The position numbers were made by a program, and so were the translations under genes. From Octopus vulgaris (Eukaryota), in contig OX597822.1 in NCBI GenBank assembly GCA_951406725.2, positions 41,044,001 through 41,108,000 of the forward strand: a stretch of DNA of 64,000 nt. Direction: 5' to 3'. The notes under the pieces are model-generated. The model was given only the letters and a program-made list of their open reading frames with translations. It searched no databases and was not told the origin of the DNA. Numbering within the stretch: position 1 is the stretch's first letter; every line of letters begins with the position of its first letter. Positions 27,173 to 42,347 of the stretch are shown here, piece by piece.

Positions 27173-27703
27173 AATATGCTTACAGTGTCTATCCTGGAAC
27201 CTAAATTTGGTTTTCTGTATTGGTCACTCAACATGCTCAACTTCTGAAGCAAACCTTAAGTCCAAAATGTCATAGACTTTCACTCTCTGAACCTTTCATC
27301 GAACATCAAGCTAGTTATTACATTTTCTCTTCCATGCTGATAGTTTTGCTGGTTTCAGGTTCATTTCTACAGTGTGACACCTTGGGCAAGTGTCATCTAC
27401 TATGTATGCATGTACGCTGTACAAAGTAGAACTATAATCGTAAGTGTATGTGATATCTTAGTAAAAGAATGGTGGAATATCTGTCAATAATTCCATTTCA
27501 ATCTCTCCCACTCGCTGTCTTTTCCTCTGTCCCTCTCTCCCACTTTCTCTCCCCCTCTCTCCTCTCTCTCTCTCTCTTGATCCCTCTCTCTCCCTCTCTC
27601 TCTCTCTCTCTTCATTTCTTTGAGTGTACTGTCTACATATTCCTATGTACATTAGTATAGATAAGTATTTGTATCAACAGCTGGTGTTGTGATAAAAATC
27701 AAT

Positions 27704-27772
<69 letters not shown>

Positions 27773-27884
27773 CATCTGTCTATCTGTCTATCTGTCTGTC
27801 TGTCTGTCTGTCTATCTGTCTGTCTATCAATTTAAATTTCTCTCTCTGTCCCTTGTCTGTCTACATATTTTTCTCTTTCTTTAT

Positions 27885-27937
<53 letters not shown>

Positions 27938-28619
27938 TGCGTGTGAGTATGTGTGTGTGTGTATGCGTGTGTGTGCATGCATGTGTGTATGTTCATGTAT
28001 CTATTGATCCAGCAGTCTACATACGTATGGTTGTATATGTGTGTGTATATTGTGCGTGCATGTGTATGTGCAAATGTGTGAGTGCATCTGTAAGAACATG
28101 TGTGTGTGTGCGCGCGCGCGCGAACTTGTGTGCGTATGTGTGTGTGTATCTATGAAACTCAGGGAACTCTCAAAACTAATGCAGCCCAAGTTCATAAAAG
28201 CCCAATGCATCCATAGTTTGCAGTAAGACTTTCATTTCACACACACACAAACACAACACACACACACGCACACTAACACATACATGCACACACGCACAAA
28301 TACACACACATACACACACACACAAATACACACACATACACACACACATATATTTATATGTTAGTAAGAACCCTTCTTTCGAAAATGTACAGTTAAATCT
28401 TCAAGTTGAGATCAGTTGACCAGTCTAATATTGCTCACTGTCTCTCTTTCTCTGTCTCTCTCTCCCTCACTCTCCGTCTCTCTCTCTCTCTCCCTCTCTC
28501 TCCGAAACCCCATCTACATATATTTATCCTATGAAGTACTTACGTAAATTAGACATTAAGGTTGATTATTAGTTGTGCCATATCTCGTGTTTATAACACA
28601 ATCAGGTATGAAATTTAAT

Positions 28620-29056
28620 CTTTTATTTTTTCTATTTGTTTCAGTCATTTATTTGACTGCGGCCATGCTGGAGCACCGCCTTTAGTCAAGCAAATTGACC
28701 CAAGACTTATTCTTTGTAAGCTTACTCCGTCGGTCTCTTTGCCGAACCGCTAAGTTCTAGACACACCAGAATCGGTTGTCAAGCGATGTTGGGGGAACAA
28801 ACACAGATACACAAGCACACACAGACACACAGACACACACACACACATGTATATATATATACATATATATACATGAATATATATATATATATACATATAT
28901 ATATAGACGAGCTTCTTTCAGTTTCCGTCTACCAAATCCAATCACAAGACTTTAGTCAATCCGAGGCTATAGTAGAAGGCACTTACCACTTGAGCAGTGG
29001 GACTGAACCCAGAAGTATGTGGTTGGTAAGCAAGCTACTTACCACACAGCCACTCT
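28620..29056 (-). mobile_element. SINE family 1
   Basis: Tail, internal microsatellite and head match the consensus. Confidence 0.85.
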
Positions 29057-29349
29057 TGAAATTTAATTCAGAGTTTTTTCAAATACTTTTACCCTCAAAT
29101 TTCTAGCAAACCAGTGTGGACTGTCCACCTTCTTTGACTGGTCTTTTCAATAGTGTTACCTTCTCTAATTGGCTACTTCAATAGTCTTGTAATATTTCCT
29201 ATGAACTTGATGTATTTAAAAGCACAAATACAGGAAAACAGTGAATAAACAATCACTGACGTTCTAAATAGCCTACAGATTGAACGTAAGCCCGTTATAT
29301 GTAACATGGTGACAGATTTCCTATTGACATACGATTGGCTATGACTACA

Positions 29350-29390
29350 TGCTACTGACGAAGTCTAGAGAAGCAGAAATGCATCTAGCA
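29350..29390 (+). ncRNA. Hammerhead-like motif with degenerate stem II
   Basis: TGCTA-CTGACGAA-gtctagagaagca-GAAA-TGCA-TC-TAGCA: perfect stem I, intact core, palindromic ATGCAT stem III. Confidence 0.55.
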
Positions 29391-30192
29391 TTTTCACCGA
29401 CCGCTGCTAAAACAGTTTTCGTCTACCTCTGACATATTTTGTGTTTTTAAACACGGTACGTCCATATTAGGTATTATCTCAGGACAAATACTGTAGCAAA
29501 TTTGCCTATCACGATGTACTGATATTAAGTATTATACACAAACGTCTATTTTAATAAATTTTGGCTTCTATTTTTCAGAGATGTTTCTTTTCCCTTCTTT
29601 TCTCTCTCATACTTAATCAAGGCAGTCTACGACCTTTGCAAGCCTACACTCCCTAACTAGTGAGTTTAATGCCTCCAATGCCCAACCGTAACATGTGTGA
29701 ATCAGTACGTGCAGAAACGAGGGAAAAAAACAGAGTGAACTGGGGTGTGGTTCAAGTGACTTCAACGGTGTCAATTCTGCTTTATATTTGTTTATGACAT
29801 ACACCATATCACATCAGCGAAACATAATGTACCTTACATGAGGTAAGGCAGCGAACTGGTAGAATCGTTAGAACGTCGGGAAAAATTTCTTCCATCATTA
29901 TATTCTGAGTTCAAATTCCACCGGAGTTGGCTTTAACTTTTATCTGTCTCGGAGTCCATTAAAATAAGTATTAACTGAACACTGAAGTCTGTTTAATCGA
30001 ATTAGCCCCCTCCTACGAAATTCCTGGCCTTGTGCCGAAATTTGATGGTAATATTACAATATGAGGTAACAGGTGTGTAAAATATCTGGGACTTAACTCA
30101 ATGAGTCGGTTTCGCTTCTCGAATGGAGCAGTTTCACAATTAGCGTCACTACATCATAAAAAGCTGAAATAGTAAACCCTGAAGGCATCTCA

Positions 30193-30301
<109 letters not shown>

Positions 30302-30368
30302 CAGACAGATAGATAAATAGATAGATTTGTGTACGCATGTACTTATATATGTATATGTGCGCTCATAC

Positions 30369-30416
<48 letters not shown>

Positions 30417-30606
30417 AGAGACAGAGAGTCAAGTTTGACTGCGATCTCTAGCATGGTGGTATCTTTTAGATGCCCTTGATCATAATTTTAATGATATATA
30501 TATATATATAATTAAGATTCAGTTAAATTAGGTCCTTAAATTGAGGCACCAAGCCAGTTCGGTATAGACCGCGCAGCTCGAAGCTAGGTGAATAAAAAGT
30601 AAATAT

Positions 30607-31791
30607 GTAACAAGGATGTCCAGGTATTAATGTATTACGGCCGTTTCAAGCGGCTCCATTTAATCGATCGATGAAAACATTACATCAGTTTGAAAGAAAC
30701 CGCTCTCCTCAGTCGCAGACGACTATATAGATTTCCAATAAACAGGATAAACCATTTTTTTAAACACAATTTACACCAGTACTAGAAACCAAAATAATTA
30801 TATTGCTTCCCTTTGCTATGTTTGTGGCAGAATGAATTTAGGGGAAATGTATATCTAAAGACTACTATAATTTAGAGAGTAGCAGAGGAAAATAATTGGA
30901 GTTAAGAAAAAGGAATGGTGAGAGTTAATTTATCTTTACCTTTATTTTATTTAATGCAGTATATAGTCTACAATCCTTTACAGTTAAATCCTTTAGGAGT
31001 TGACAGTTCCAGTTGATGGTGATAAATTAATTAATGTTAGATACTCTCCACGACCCTTATTTTACTGGGGCCGTATATCTAGCTTTATCTACATACGAGG
31101 ATATATCTCAGAGCTGCTAGTAAGAGAAAGACTGGTGGAGAAGAGGTGATAACTAGAAGAAGGAAGGACGGGAGTGGTTAGTAAATATATTTAGTTAGTC
31201 AAATAAAAGGGGGAATAAAGTGGAAAACAAAGGAGATCAAAATAAGTTGTAAGGGTGGAAATTAGAACCTGGGGTAACAAGGGGTATCATCACTTAGCCA
31301 ATTTAATATATCAAAAATTTAGAAAAGAATTTTAAAACAACATAATTGAAAAAGGATAGATAATTAAACTTATGCCTTAAAAATGGGGTACTTTAATATA
31401 TAAGGGGAAGTTTATAAAGCCTTTCCTAAGCGTATTGCTAAGGTGGCCATGATAAAAACTATTCCCCAATGAATTTATAAGTAAATTGAATTATCATCTG
31501 AGTAGGAGTATATAGTATATATTAAATCAAAACCAGCATAATTATCCTCATTACAGGTGGATAAGTGTAAGATATTTTAAATATAGACTCGACTGTAAGG
31601 GGTAATTAAATTAGAAGTGTACTAACTGTATAATAGAGTACAAGTGGTTTATCTTTTATGCTGGAAATCTATATGGTCGTCTGCGTCGGAGGAGAATAGT
31701 TAATTCAAATTGTTGTAATGTTTTCATTGATCGATTAAATGGAGCCGCTTGAAACGGCCGTAATGTATTGATATCTGGATATCCTTGTTAC
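30607..31791. mobile_element. Penelope-like remnant bounded by ~130-bp inverted repeats carrying hammerhead motifs
   Basis: 30607-30737 is inverted relative to 31662-31791; the interior minus strand reads YHHQLELSTPKGFN, similar to PLE endonuclease C-termini. Confidence 0.65.
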
Positions 31792-31819
31792 TAATTTGCT
31801 TCTTATATATAAATATATG

Positions 31820-32113
31820 ATGAACTCTCCCATCGTTAGACGACGTATGAGGGTTCGACAATTTCTTACCGAATAACCACACAGATGATTTGTTTATAGT
31901 AATAAAATGTTTGTGTAGACATACGCTCACTCCTTCCATCAGATCGACATTACCTGTACAGGTGCAACGAGTGCCACATGTCAGACGACAGAATGATCGC
32001 AGAGCACCGTGAAATGAAGTGCTTTGCTCAAGAACGCAACGCCCGGTTTGGGAATCGAACCCACGACCTCGCAATCGTGAGTGCAACGCCTTAACCACTG
32101 AGCCACGCGCCTT
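31820..32113 (-). mobile_element. tRNA-derived SINE related to family 4
   Basis: Minus head ggcgcgtggctcagtggttaaggcg...gggttcgattcccaaaccggg, then ttcttgagcaaagcacttc. Confidence 0.8.
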
Positions 32114-32380
32114 CACACAAACACACACACACACACACATATGTATGTGTGTGTGTACTGATATGTACTGATGTATGTACTGATAGAGACAATGTTAGTG
32201 CCGTAGAAAGACAAGTCCCCAGAGTGTGCACAGAGATGTGCACTCATTAACACGTTGTATGCACACATGAACGCAACACTGCACCTGAGATTGATGCTGC
32301 AGAAGATTGTCGGTCATGCGTATTGTTCACATTTCCGGTTTGTCTTGGCTTTAATTTCATATTAACTTTCGTCTCTATAT

Positions 32381-32470
<90 letters not shown>

Positions 32471-32477
32471 GTATAGG

Positions 32478-32508
<31 letters not shown>

Positions 32509-32519
32509 GATATATTGGC

Positions 32520-33420
32520 GAGTGGTGATGTTTTATGATGGAGATAATGTAACTGTTAATGATGTTATTGATGTTAGTGTCGTTAATGTTGATGGTGGTG
32601 GTGGTAAATAAATTGATGTTGTCATTGGTGACGGTGTTAGGGTTAATATTGGTGAAGTATTATTGTTGTTGTTGTTGTCTTTGTGGTTGACTGGTAGTGC
32701 TGATGGTGGTGGTGGTGGTGGTGGTGGTGGTGACGGTTTAGTGATCGCGATATTTGTTTGTTGATGAAAGAAGTGGTGGCTATGATGACGCTGGTCGTTG
32801 GTGGTAAGATAATGATGGCAGTGTAGGTGGTAGTGTTGACGATGGTGCAAGTGATATTGATGGCAATTATGGCTGTGGTGGTGGTGGTGGTGGTGATGGT
32901 GGAGGTGGTGGGGTTTGTGGCGGTGGGGTTGGTAGCGGTGGGGCTATCGATATAGATCATAGTGGTAGTGATAGTGGTGGTGGCGGTGGTGGTGGTGGTG
33001 GTGATGGTGGTGGTGGGAATATCGATACAGATTAGTGTGGTAGTGATTGTGGTGGTTGTGGTGGTTGCGGCGGTCGTGGTGATGGTGGTGAATGTGTGGA
33101 TAGCAATACAGATATAGTGGTAGTGATAGAGGCGGTGACGGTGGTGGTGATAATGGTGGCGGTGGCGGTGGCGGCGGCGATGGCAGTGGTGTTGGTGGTG
33201 AGGCTATCGATATAGATTATAGTGGTAGTGACAGTGGTGGTGGCAGTGGCGGCGGCGGCGGCGGTGGTGGTGGCGTTGTTGGTGGTGGTGGTGATGGTGG
33301 CGGTGGCGGTTGTTGTTGTTGTTGTTGTTGTTGTTGTGGTGGTGGTGGTGGTGGTGGTGGTGGTGGTGGTGATGTTGATGCTGGTTGTGTTGCTAATCAC
33401 CTTCGTGATGTAATAATGAC
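32520..33420. repeat. (GGT/GTT/GGC)n low-complexity tract
   Basis: Degenerate trinucleotide repeats with a recurrent ctatcgatatagat spacer. Confidence 0.85.
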
Positions 33421-33807
33421 CCAGTGGTTGTTATGATGAATGAATGATCTTTCATTATCGAATCGGTTCCCATGTGGTAACTGTTATCGCTGAAGCACCA
33501 CATCCTACAGAAAGAACGACTAAGTGACGTCTACGTTTCGTCTGCCCAGCCACGTGTTAGAAACCAATCTTCAAAGCCGATGTCACTGAAATGCCACGCC
33601 TTCCAGAACGCTGACTAAGCGAAGGCAACAACCAGTCTGTTCCATCACTTGGGCTACCCATAAATGAACTGATGTCAATATGATAGCAAAAGCAACCACG
33701 TGACAGCATTTGATCACCGAAGGCCTAAATACTCTCATCTAGAGGCTATTATAATCTTTTAAATTCTCTCAACAACTAGTCAAACATTTGATGATGAGAA
33801 GGTGTAC

Positions 33808-34044
33808 CTATTTCCTTACTACCCACCACAAGGGTCTAAACACAGAGGAGACAAACAAGGACAGACAAACGGATTAAGTCGATTACATCGACCCCAGTGC
33901 GTAACTGGTACTTAATTTATCGACCCCGAAAGGATGAAAGGCAAAGTCGACCTCGGCGGAATTTGAACTCAGAACGTAGCGGCAGACGAAATACAGCCCA
34001 GCATTTCGCCCGGCGTGCTAACGATTCTACCAGCTCGCCACCTT
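33808..34044 (-). mobile_element. SINE family 2 with 13-bp target-site duplication
   Basis: Near-consensus copy; ttgatgatgagaa at 33788-33800 and 34043-34055. Confidence 0.88.
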
Positions 34045-34059
34045 GATGATGAGAATAGT

Positions 34060-34447
34060 CTTTACTCTTTTACTTGTTTCAGTCATTTGACTGCGGCCAT
34101 GCTGGAGCACCGCCTTTAGTCGAGCAAATCGACCCCGGAACTTATTCTTTGTAAGCCCAGTACTTATTCTATCGGTGAGTGACGGGGATATAAACACACC
34201 AGCATCGGTTGTCAAGCAATGCTAGGGGGACAAACACAGACACACAAATATATACACACACACTTATATATAAATACATATATACGACAGGCTTCTTTCA
34301 GTTTCCGTCTACCAAATCCACTCACAAGGCATTGGTCGGCCCGGGGCTATAGCAGAAGACACTTGCCCAAGATGCCACGCAGTGGGACTGAACCCGGAAC
34401 CATGTGGTTGGTAAGCAAGCTACTTACCACACAGCCACTCCTGCGCC
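34060..34447 (-). mobile_element. SINE family 1, near full length, CpG-intact
   Basis: Consensus match from tail to head. Confidence 0.88.
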
Positions 34448-34655
34448 TGTGTACCATCCCTTCAAAACTATAAGCGGAGTTGAGTCAAACTCTCAGTAAA
34501 GACATGTAACTCCCATCACATGTTCACTCACTCGTACATATATAGATGCATACATGCATACACATATATATGTGTATGTGTACGTGCGTGCGTGCACGTG
34601 TCTGTACATGTATACACACACAAACATACATACACACGCATATATATCTTTTCCA

Positions 34656-34795
34656 TTTGTGTATTAAGACTTCTATTGGTTTCATGTTAAGAAACTATCT
34701 TAACAAATCTTCAAGCTGATCACATGGAGAAATTATTGTTCGTCTCTATTTTGGATTTTCTTAACATGAAACCAATTGTAGTCTTAATACACAAA
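34656..34795. repeat. Fold-back element, ~39-bp inverted arms
   Basis: tttgtgtattaagacttctattggtttcatgttaagaaa ... tttcttaacatgaaaccaattgtagtcttaatacacaaa. Confidence 0.8.
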
Positions 34796-35402
34796 GAATC
34801 TTTATCCACCAATACGGTGTTGAGCACTAATTCTCACTGTTCGACATTTACCTATATATACATACAAATACATACACACATACATACATAAACGTATATG
34901 TATGTGTGTGTATATATGTATATATATAGGCTTTCCTATCCGCGTGGGATATATATATAGGAAAATTTGTATTGGGAGTGCTATTGTTTTTAAAAATAGA
35001 CATAGGGGACACAAGAATTCATTTATTCACCGAAATATAAAAAAATTCCATGACATTAGCATCATACATTAATCACCTCAAAGAGTCTAACATTGAGTAT
35101 AATTTAAGGTGGTCAATAATTACTGAATGAACACCATATAACACACATACTTGTAGATTGATGGGATATTGTAGGCTTTGCATAAAGGAATCGAATAGCA
35201 TACTATACACTAGTAAGGGAAATAAAAACATATGTTTAAATAAAATTCCAGGTATTTTATTATGTTAGGAGCATAAATATTTATCAACTTAAAAATTTTT
35301 TTTAAACTTTAAAATAAATTTTTTTTTGAAAATATGATCTGGATTAGATCCAATGAACACTTATATACAAATGTTAAATGTTAAATTATTTCATCGTTAT
35401 AT

Positions 35403-35598
35403 GTTTCTTTATTACCCACAAGGGGCTAAACATAGAAGGGACAAACAAGGACAGACAAACGAATTAAGTCGATTACATCGACCCCAGTGCGTAACTGGTA
35501 CTTAATTTATCGACCCCGTAAGGATGAAAGGCAAAGTCGACCTCGATGGAATTTGAACTCAGAACGTAACGACAAACGAAATACGGCTACGCATTTCG
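35403..35598 (-). mobile_element. SINE family 2, truncated
   Basis: Consensus match. Confidence 0.82.
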
Positions 35599-36029
35599 TA
35601 GCATGGATGAAGAAATATGAGTAGAAAATGGCATATTCCCAAAAACTATTATTTGCATGATTAAGTAAAAGTTCACCTGTCAATCATTTTCATTTCTTAT
35701 TTAAGCCTGTTTATATTTTGCCATTTAGTAAAAAAAAAAATCACTCAAAAACTGTGCTTTTTACCAACTGAACTGTCACCAATTATTGCCTTACTGGATT
35801 CTACATTGAGAAAGGAACACCGAGGAAGGAAATGTTTTTATACTGTGAGCTGTATAAAACAACTTAAGACATTTCTGAAACAGCCACAGGTTTGCAGTAA
35901 TATCTGCTCAGATCAGGCCGTCATTGGCGTGACTGTGGGCAGCAATGGACATCCACGCCTATGGCGGCCTGATCTGCTCAGATAGACGCACGCGCACTCG
36001 CACACACACACTCACAAATACACACACAC

Positions 36030-36192
36030 ATATACGACAGGCTACTTTCAGTTTCTATCTACTAAATTCACTCACAAGGCTTTGGTCGGCCTGAAGCTAT
36101 AGTAGAAGACACTTGCCCAAGGTTCCACGCAGTGGGAATGAACCCAGAACCACGTGGTTGGTAAGCAAGCTGCTTACCACACAGCCACTCCT
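36030..36192 (-). mobile_element. SINE family 1, 5' half
   Basis: Consensus match. Confidence 0.8.
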
Positions 36193-36206
36193 ATACATAA
36201 GTATGT

Positions 36207-37582
<1,376 letters not shown>

Positions 37583-37586
37583 TATA

Positions 37587-37629
<43 letters not shown>

Positions 37630-37715
37630 TAATCCAAACATGAAAACACAACAACGCGAGGACGTGGAACAAATATAGTATTATTGGACGCACAGGAAGG
37701 AAGGGAAGAAGGAGG

Positions 37716-37750
37716 GTTTTACGTTTCGAGCGGAGCTCTTTGTCAGAAAC
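37716..37750 (-). ncRNA. Minimal hammerhead ribozyme motif (one core substitution)
   Basis: GTTT-CTGACAAA-GAGC tcc GCTC-GAAAC-GTA-AAAC; G8 changed to A at a CpG. Confidence 0.65.
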
Positions 37751-38056
37751 ATAGGAAAAGGAAAGATCCAGAGAAGGGAAGACGGATGAAAAATATCGCC
37801 AACGGTACACACGGGGTCACATTTTGAATACATATATACTTTACATATATATATATATATATAATACAAATAAGAAAATGGAGAAACAAATTTAGTTTGT
37901 TCATCAACTTTCGGATATTAGAATGTTGGATTGTTTATTCATTCAAAAAAATTAGAACCTCAATATTATACATATATATCTTATAATTCAATACATATAA
38001 GATAAGAATACAAGTTATAAAAATCAGTATAAATTATTGAAATCATTAAAATCACT

Positions 38057-38186
38057 TCTTACGGCTGTTTCAGCATATGGCTAAAAGTAGTTACTTTTAT
38101 TTTTATTGCCTATAGTTGTCAACAGAATGATGTAGGCATTTAAAAATATGCTACTTATGTATATATCCATAGGCCTCGTCAGATAC
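38057..38186 (-). ncRNA. Hammerhead-like motif with long stem-II loop
   Basis: CTGACGA-ggcctatgg...ccatatgct-GAAAC-AGCC-GTA; stem I weak. Confidence 0.45.
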
Positions 38187-38542
38187 ACGTATTATTTAAT
38201 ATATAAATATATATAAAAAAATACTAACAAATATTCATATAGACATATACATATACATATATACACATATACATACATAAGCAAAGTGTATGTACTTTTA
38301 CAAGTGTAAAATACATAAATAAACAGAATTAAACAATAGGTCCAAGTAGATATACCATACGTCTTATACATATATATATATACATATATTGGAACATATA
38401 AACACGTTCCAATATATTTATGTATTAAGAATCTGGGTACTTTACCAACAGTATATTGGATAAATACTATCCCATAGTGGGTTACACCCATAACCCCTAT
38501 CTTACTTTGTATATATATATATATATATATACATATATACTT

Positions 38543-38580
<38 letters not shown>

Positions 38581-39026
38581 CATACATACATATATATAAT
38601 GTATATATGTATATATATATGTATATATACATATATATACATATATATATACATATATACATTATATATATGTATGTATGTATGTATGTAAACATATGCA
38701 TACGAATATATAAGTACACACAGCGATACACACACCTTCACACCTATATACGCAAACAAGTAAGTGTGTAGTAGTAGGGCGATTGTCTATCTGTATGATA
38801 ACATAATATAAACTCCCTGAAAACATTATGCCAATGTTGTTTCGTCTCTTCCATCTTTAAAGATTTTCTATTCTGGCTTTTAGTCTCACAGGAAAAGATT
38901 AAAATGACTTCCTGCAAGAACCGAGAAGTGTTTCGTTCCATCATCATATCTTACTCTTAATTAACTTTTGGAATTGTCTGGTTTATATTTATCTACCTAC
39001 CTATGTGAGCCTGTGTGTGTGTGCGT

Positions 39027-39082
<56 letters not shown>

Positions 39083-39284
39083 CCGCTTGTACATGTGTGT
39101 ATGTATATATGCATGTATGTATTTATGTATGTATGTATACGCATACGCACACATACACAAACACATATACATATACATACATACATACGTGAGCGTGCCT
39201 GTATACATAAATATAGATATATATAAACACACCTATGTGGTGATTATGCGTCTGTGTATATATGTATATATCTATATATCTATA

Positions 39285-39338
<54 letters not shown>

Positions 39339-39415
39339 CATACACATTCATATATACATAGATACATACCTTTTTATACATATATATATATATAGAGAGA
39401 GAGAGAGAGGGAGAG

Positions 39416-39446
<31 letters not shown>

Positions 39447-39496
39447 AATTCACACATATTTGGGTGTATGTATATATCGAAACACACAACACACAT

Positions 39497-39536
<40 letters not shown>

Positions 39537-39613
39537 CATACATACATACATACATACATACATACATACATACATACATAATACATCCCTTTTTACACAC
39601 ACACACACACACA

Positions 39614-39668
<55 letters not shown>

Positions 39669-40059
39669 TGAGAGAGAGAGAGCGAGAGAGAGAGAGAGAG
39701 ATTCACACATATGTATGTATTCATGTATGTATGTTATGTATATATGTATATGTATATATGTGTGCCTATGCATGTCATACACATATACAACCATACAAAC
39801 GCATACATACAGACCCACAAGTGTGTATGGATGTACTTGTGTATATTCAGTACAATCATACAAGTAAAAGCGAAGTATTTCTCTGTGCAAAGCAGTTTTG
39901 ACGAGAACTCAATTAATTCGAAAATATATTCTTATTCAGAGAGAAGACCTACATGTACTGGGATCAGTTTGTTTGATTAAACCTTGCAAAGCTGTGTCCC
40001 CCAGCATCGCCGCCTAGCTACAGGTAAGAGCTATATTTTTATATAAACACATTAATACG

Positions 40060-41325
40060 AAAAGCACTTATTCATCAAAGTATCCCCGTTATATTCTATT
40101 GTCTGATGTCATCGTTCTACCAGAAGCTCAGTTCCCTGTTTATACCGTTTGCTTCGTTTAGAGGTAAACAAAAATTTCCCTGTAACCATTGTTGTACCTC
40201 CGTCTGTGCAAGAAACGAACCATGACTCGGAAAAGGTCTGGATTGTAGGCAGGGTGAGGCAACACTTCTAGCCCTCAAGTTTGCGCAAGATCTTATTGGC
40301 AATGTGTACCGGGGCATTGTCATGCGGTAGTAGTGCACGTCCTTGATTGACCACAATCGGGTAATGGGCTTTCAAAGCATCATATATCTATTTCTTTACT
40401 ACCCACAAGGGGCTAAACATAGAGAGGACAAACAAGGACAGATAAACGGATTAAGTCGATTATATCGACCCCAGTGCGTAACAGGTACTTAATTTATCGA
40501 CCATGAAAGAATGAAAGGCAGAGTCGACCTCGGCGGAATTTGAACTCAGAACGCAACGGCAGACGAAATTCCGCTAAGCATTTCGCCCGGCGTGCCAACG
40601 ATTCTGCTAGCTCGCCGCCTTAGCATCATATACTCGCCGTAGTTGTTGAGCCTAAGGGTTAGCATTCACAGCATGACCATCTGAGACAAGCTCGAAGTGC
40701 AACATCCTCTCGAAATTCCACCAAACACCCAGCATAACTTTCTGTTCAAACTGTCCTTGTTTGACAACAGGTTCTGAAGTGTGGTCAGAATAAAGCTACT
40801 GATTCCTTGAAAAACGGGCACCTCTAGGATTTGCCAGTTGTTTCCATATGTTCGTACGGCGTTGAGCTTGGACATTGGTCATTTCGCGAGGAGCTTCTCA
40901 GCGGCGTCTGTTTACAAGGCCGAGCTTATGGAGGTGTCGAATGATGGTACGTTGTGAAGGGCAAGTCCTACCGACAATGTACGAGTGCTTATGCACGGCT
41001 GCTGTTCACCCATTCCAAGCAAGACCTCATTAGAAGGACTTCCTATCTTGGTTTTTCTTCGATGCTGGTATCATTTCCTTAAAGCGTCTAAACTAGTCTG
41101 GTTTCACACGTTCGTTGGCAGTTCCTGGGCCTTCTGTACCATTCGTGTCTCTTACCATTGCCCATACATTCAGTGCTTTTTTCCACTGCTCGAGTAAAAT
41201 GGCTCTAATCGCAAATTTTTCACCATTCGTTTCCAAAGCAGTAAAACAAAGGCGAAACAATTAATGTTAAAAGGTTATTTGTGAAAATAACGGATAAAGA
41301 ATTCAGCAACGATTGGACAACAAGT
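40060..41325 (-). mobile_element. Degenerate mariner-like (DD34D) transposon interrupted by a SINE
   Basis: Minus-strand LLPHDNAPVH, LPHPAYNPDL (YSPDL motif), EVQQWL...YKQGTELLVER. Confidence 0.8.
40388..40621 (-). mobile_element. SINE family 2 nested in the mariner, 11-bp TSD
   Basis: agcatcatata occurs on both sides. Confidence 0.88.
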
Positions 41326-41383
41326 TGTTACAAACTGATTATATAACATGGAAATACAAGTCACCAATATATACATACATACA

Positions 41384-41452
<69 letters not shown>

Positions 41453-41686
41453 AAATATAAGGAATAAATCCAAACTTACAGGGAAAAATCAGATTTAGGA
41501 TTGAATCCAATTTTATAGTAAGATATTATATTATATTAAATTAGAGATAAAACCACTATTAGGCAAATCATACAATGAAAAACTTAAGCCAATACATAAG
41601 ATTAATGTTAAAAGGTTATTTGTGAAAATAACGGATAAAGAATTCAGCAACGATTGGACAACAAGTTGTTACAAACTGATTATATG

Positions 41687-41754
<68 letters not shown>

Positions 41755-42162
41755 TATATATAAAACTGAAATGCGTTTTTACCGCTTGGATCGCTTTCAA
41801 TGCCACTACATCCCGTCCGATTCGCTCCAAAATTTACAGGGACATGTAGAATGAGGTGACGATGCGCGTGGGCTACCTTAGAAATCCCTATCTTAAAAGG
41901 TGTGGTTGCTAGGGGCCATCTTCCTCACTCACCCTACTTCCTCCAGTACTCTCTCACTCCTCTTCATTTGACAATGCCACTACGGTTATTTAATGTAAAG
42001 TCTTCCTCAAATCACTCTCTCGCTGTTTCCTCTCTTCCAAGAACATTTTCACTCACTCTTATCTCTTAGCTTCCCATACATTTTACTCATGTATCTATCA
42101 GTTTCATAGACAGAAACAAATATTACATCGCCTTCGCCATCGCATTCTATTGTCTACCTGTC

Positions 42163-42204
<42 letters not shown>

Positions 42205-42306
42205 TATATCTAATATTATATTTTTATTTTTATGTTTTTGTTTTTGGTTTTTTACTGTTTCATTTCCCTATTAGTGGTTTTATCTCTAATTTAATTTCTA
42301 CAGCGT

Positions 42307-42347
<41 letters not shown>

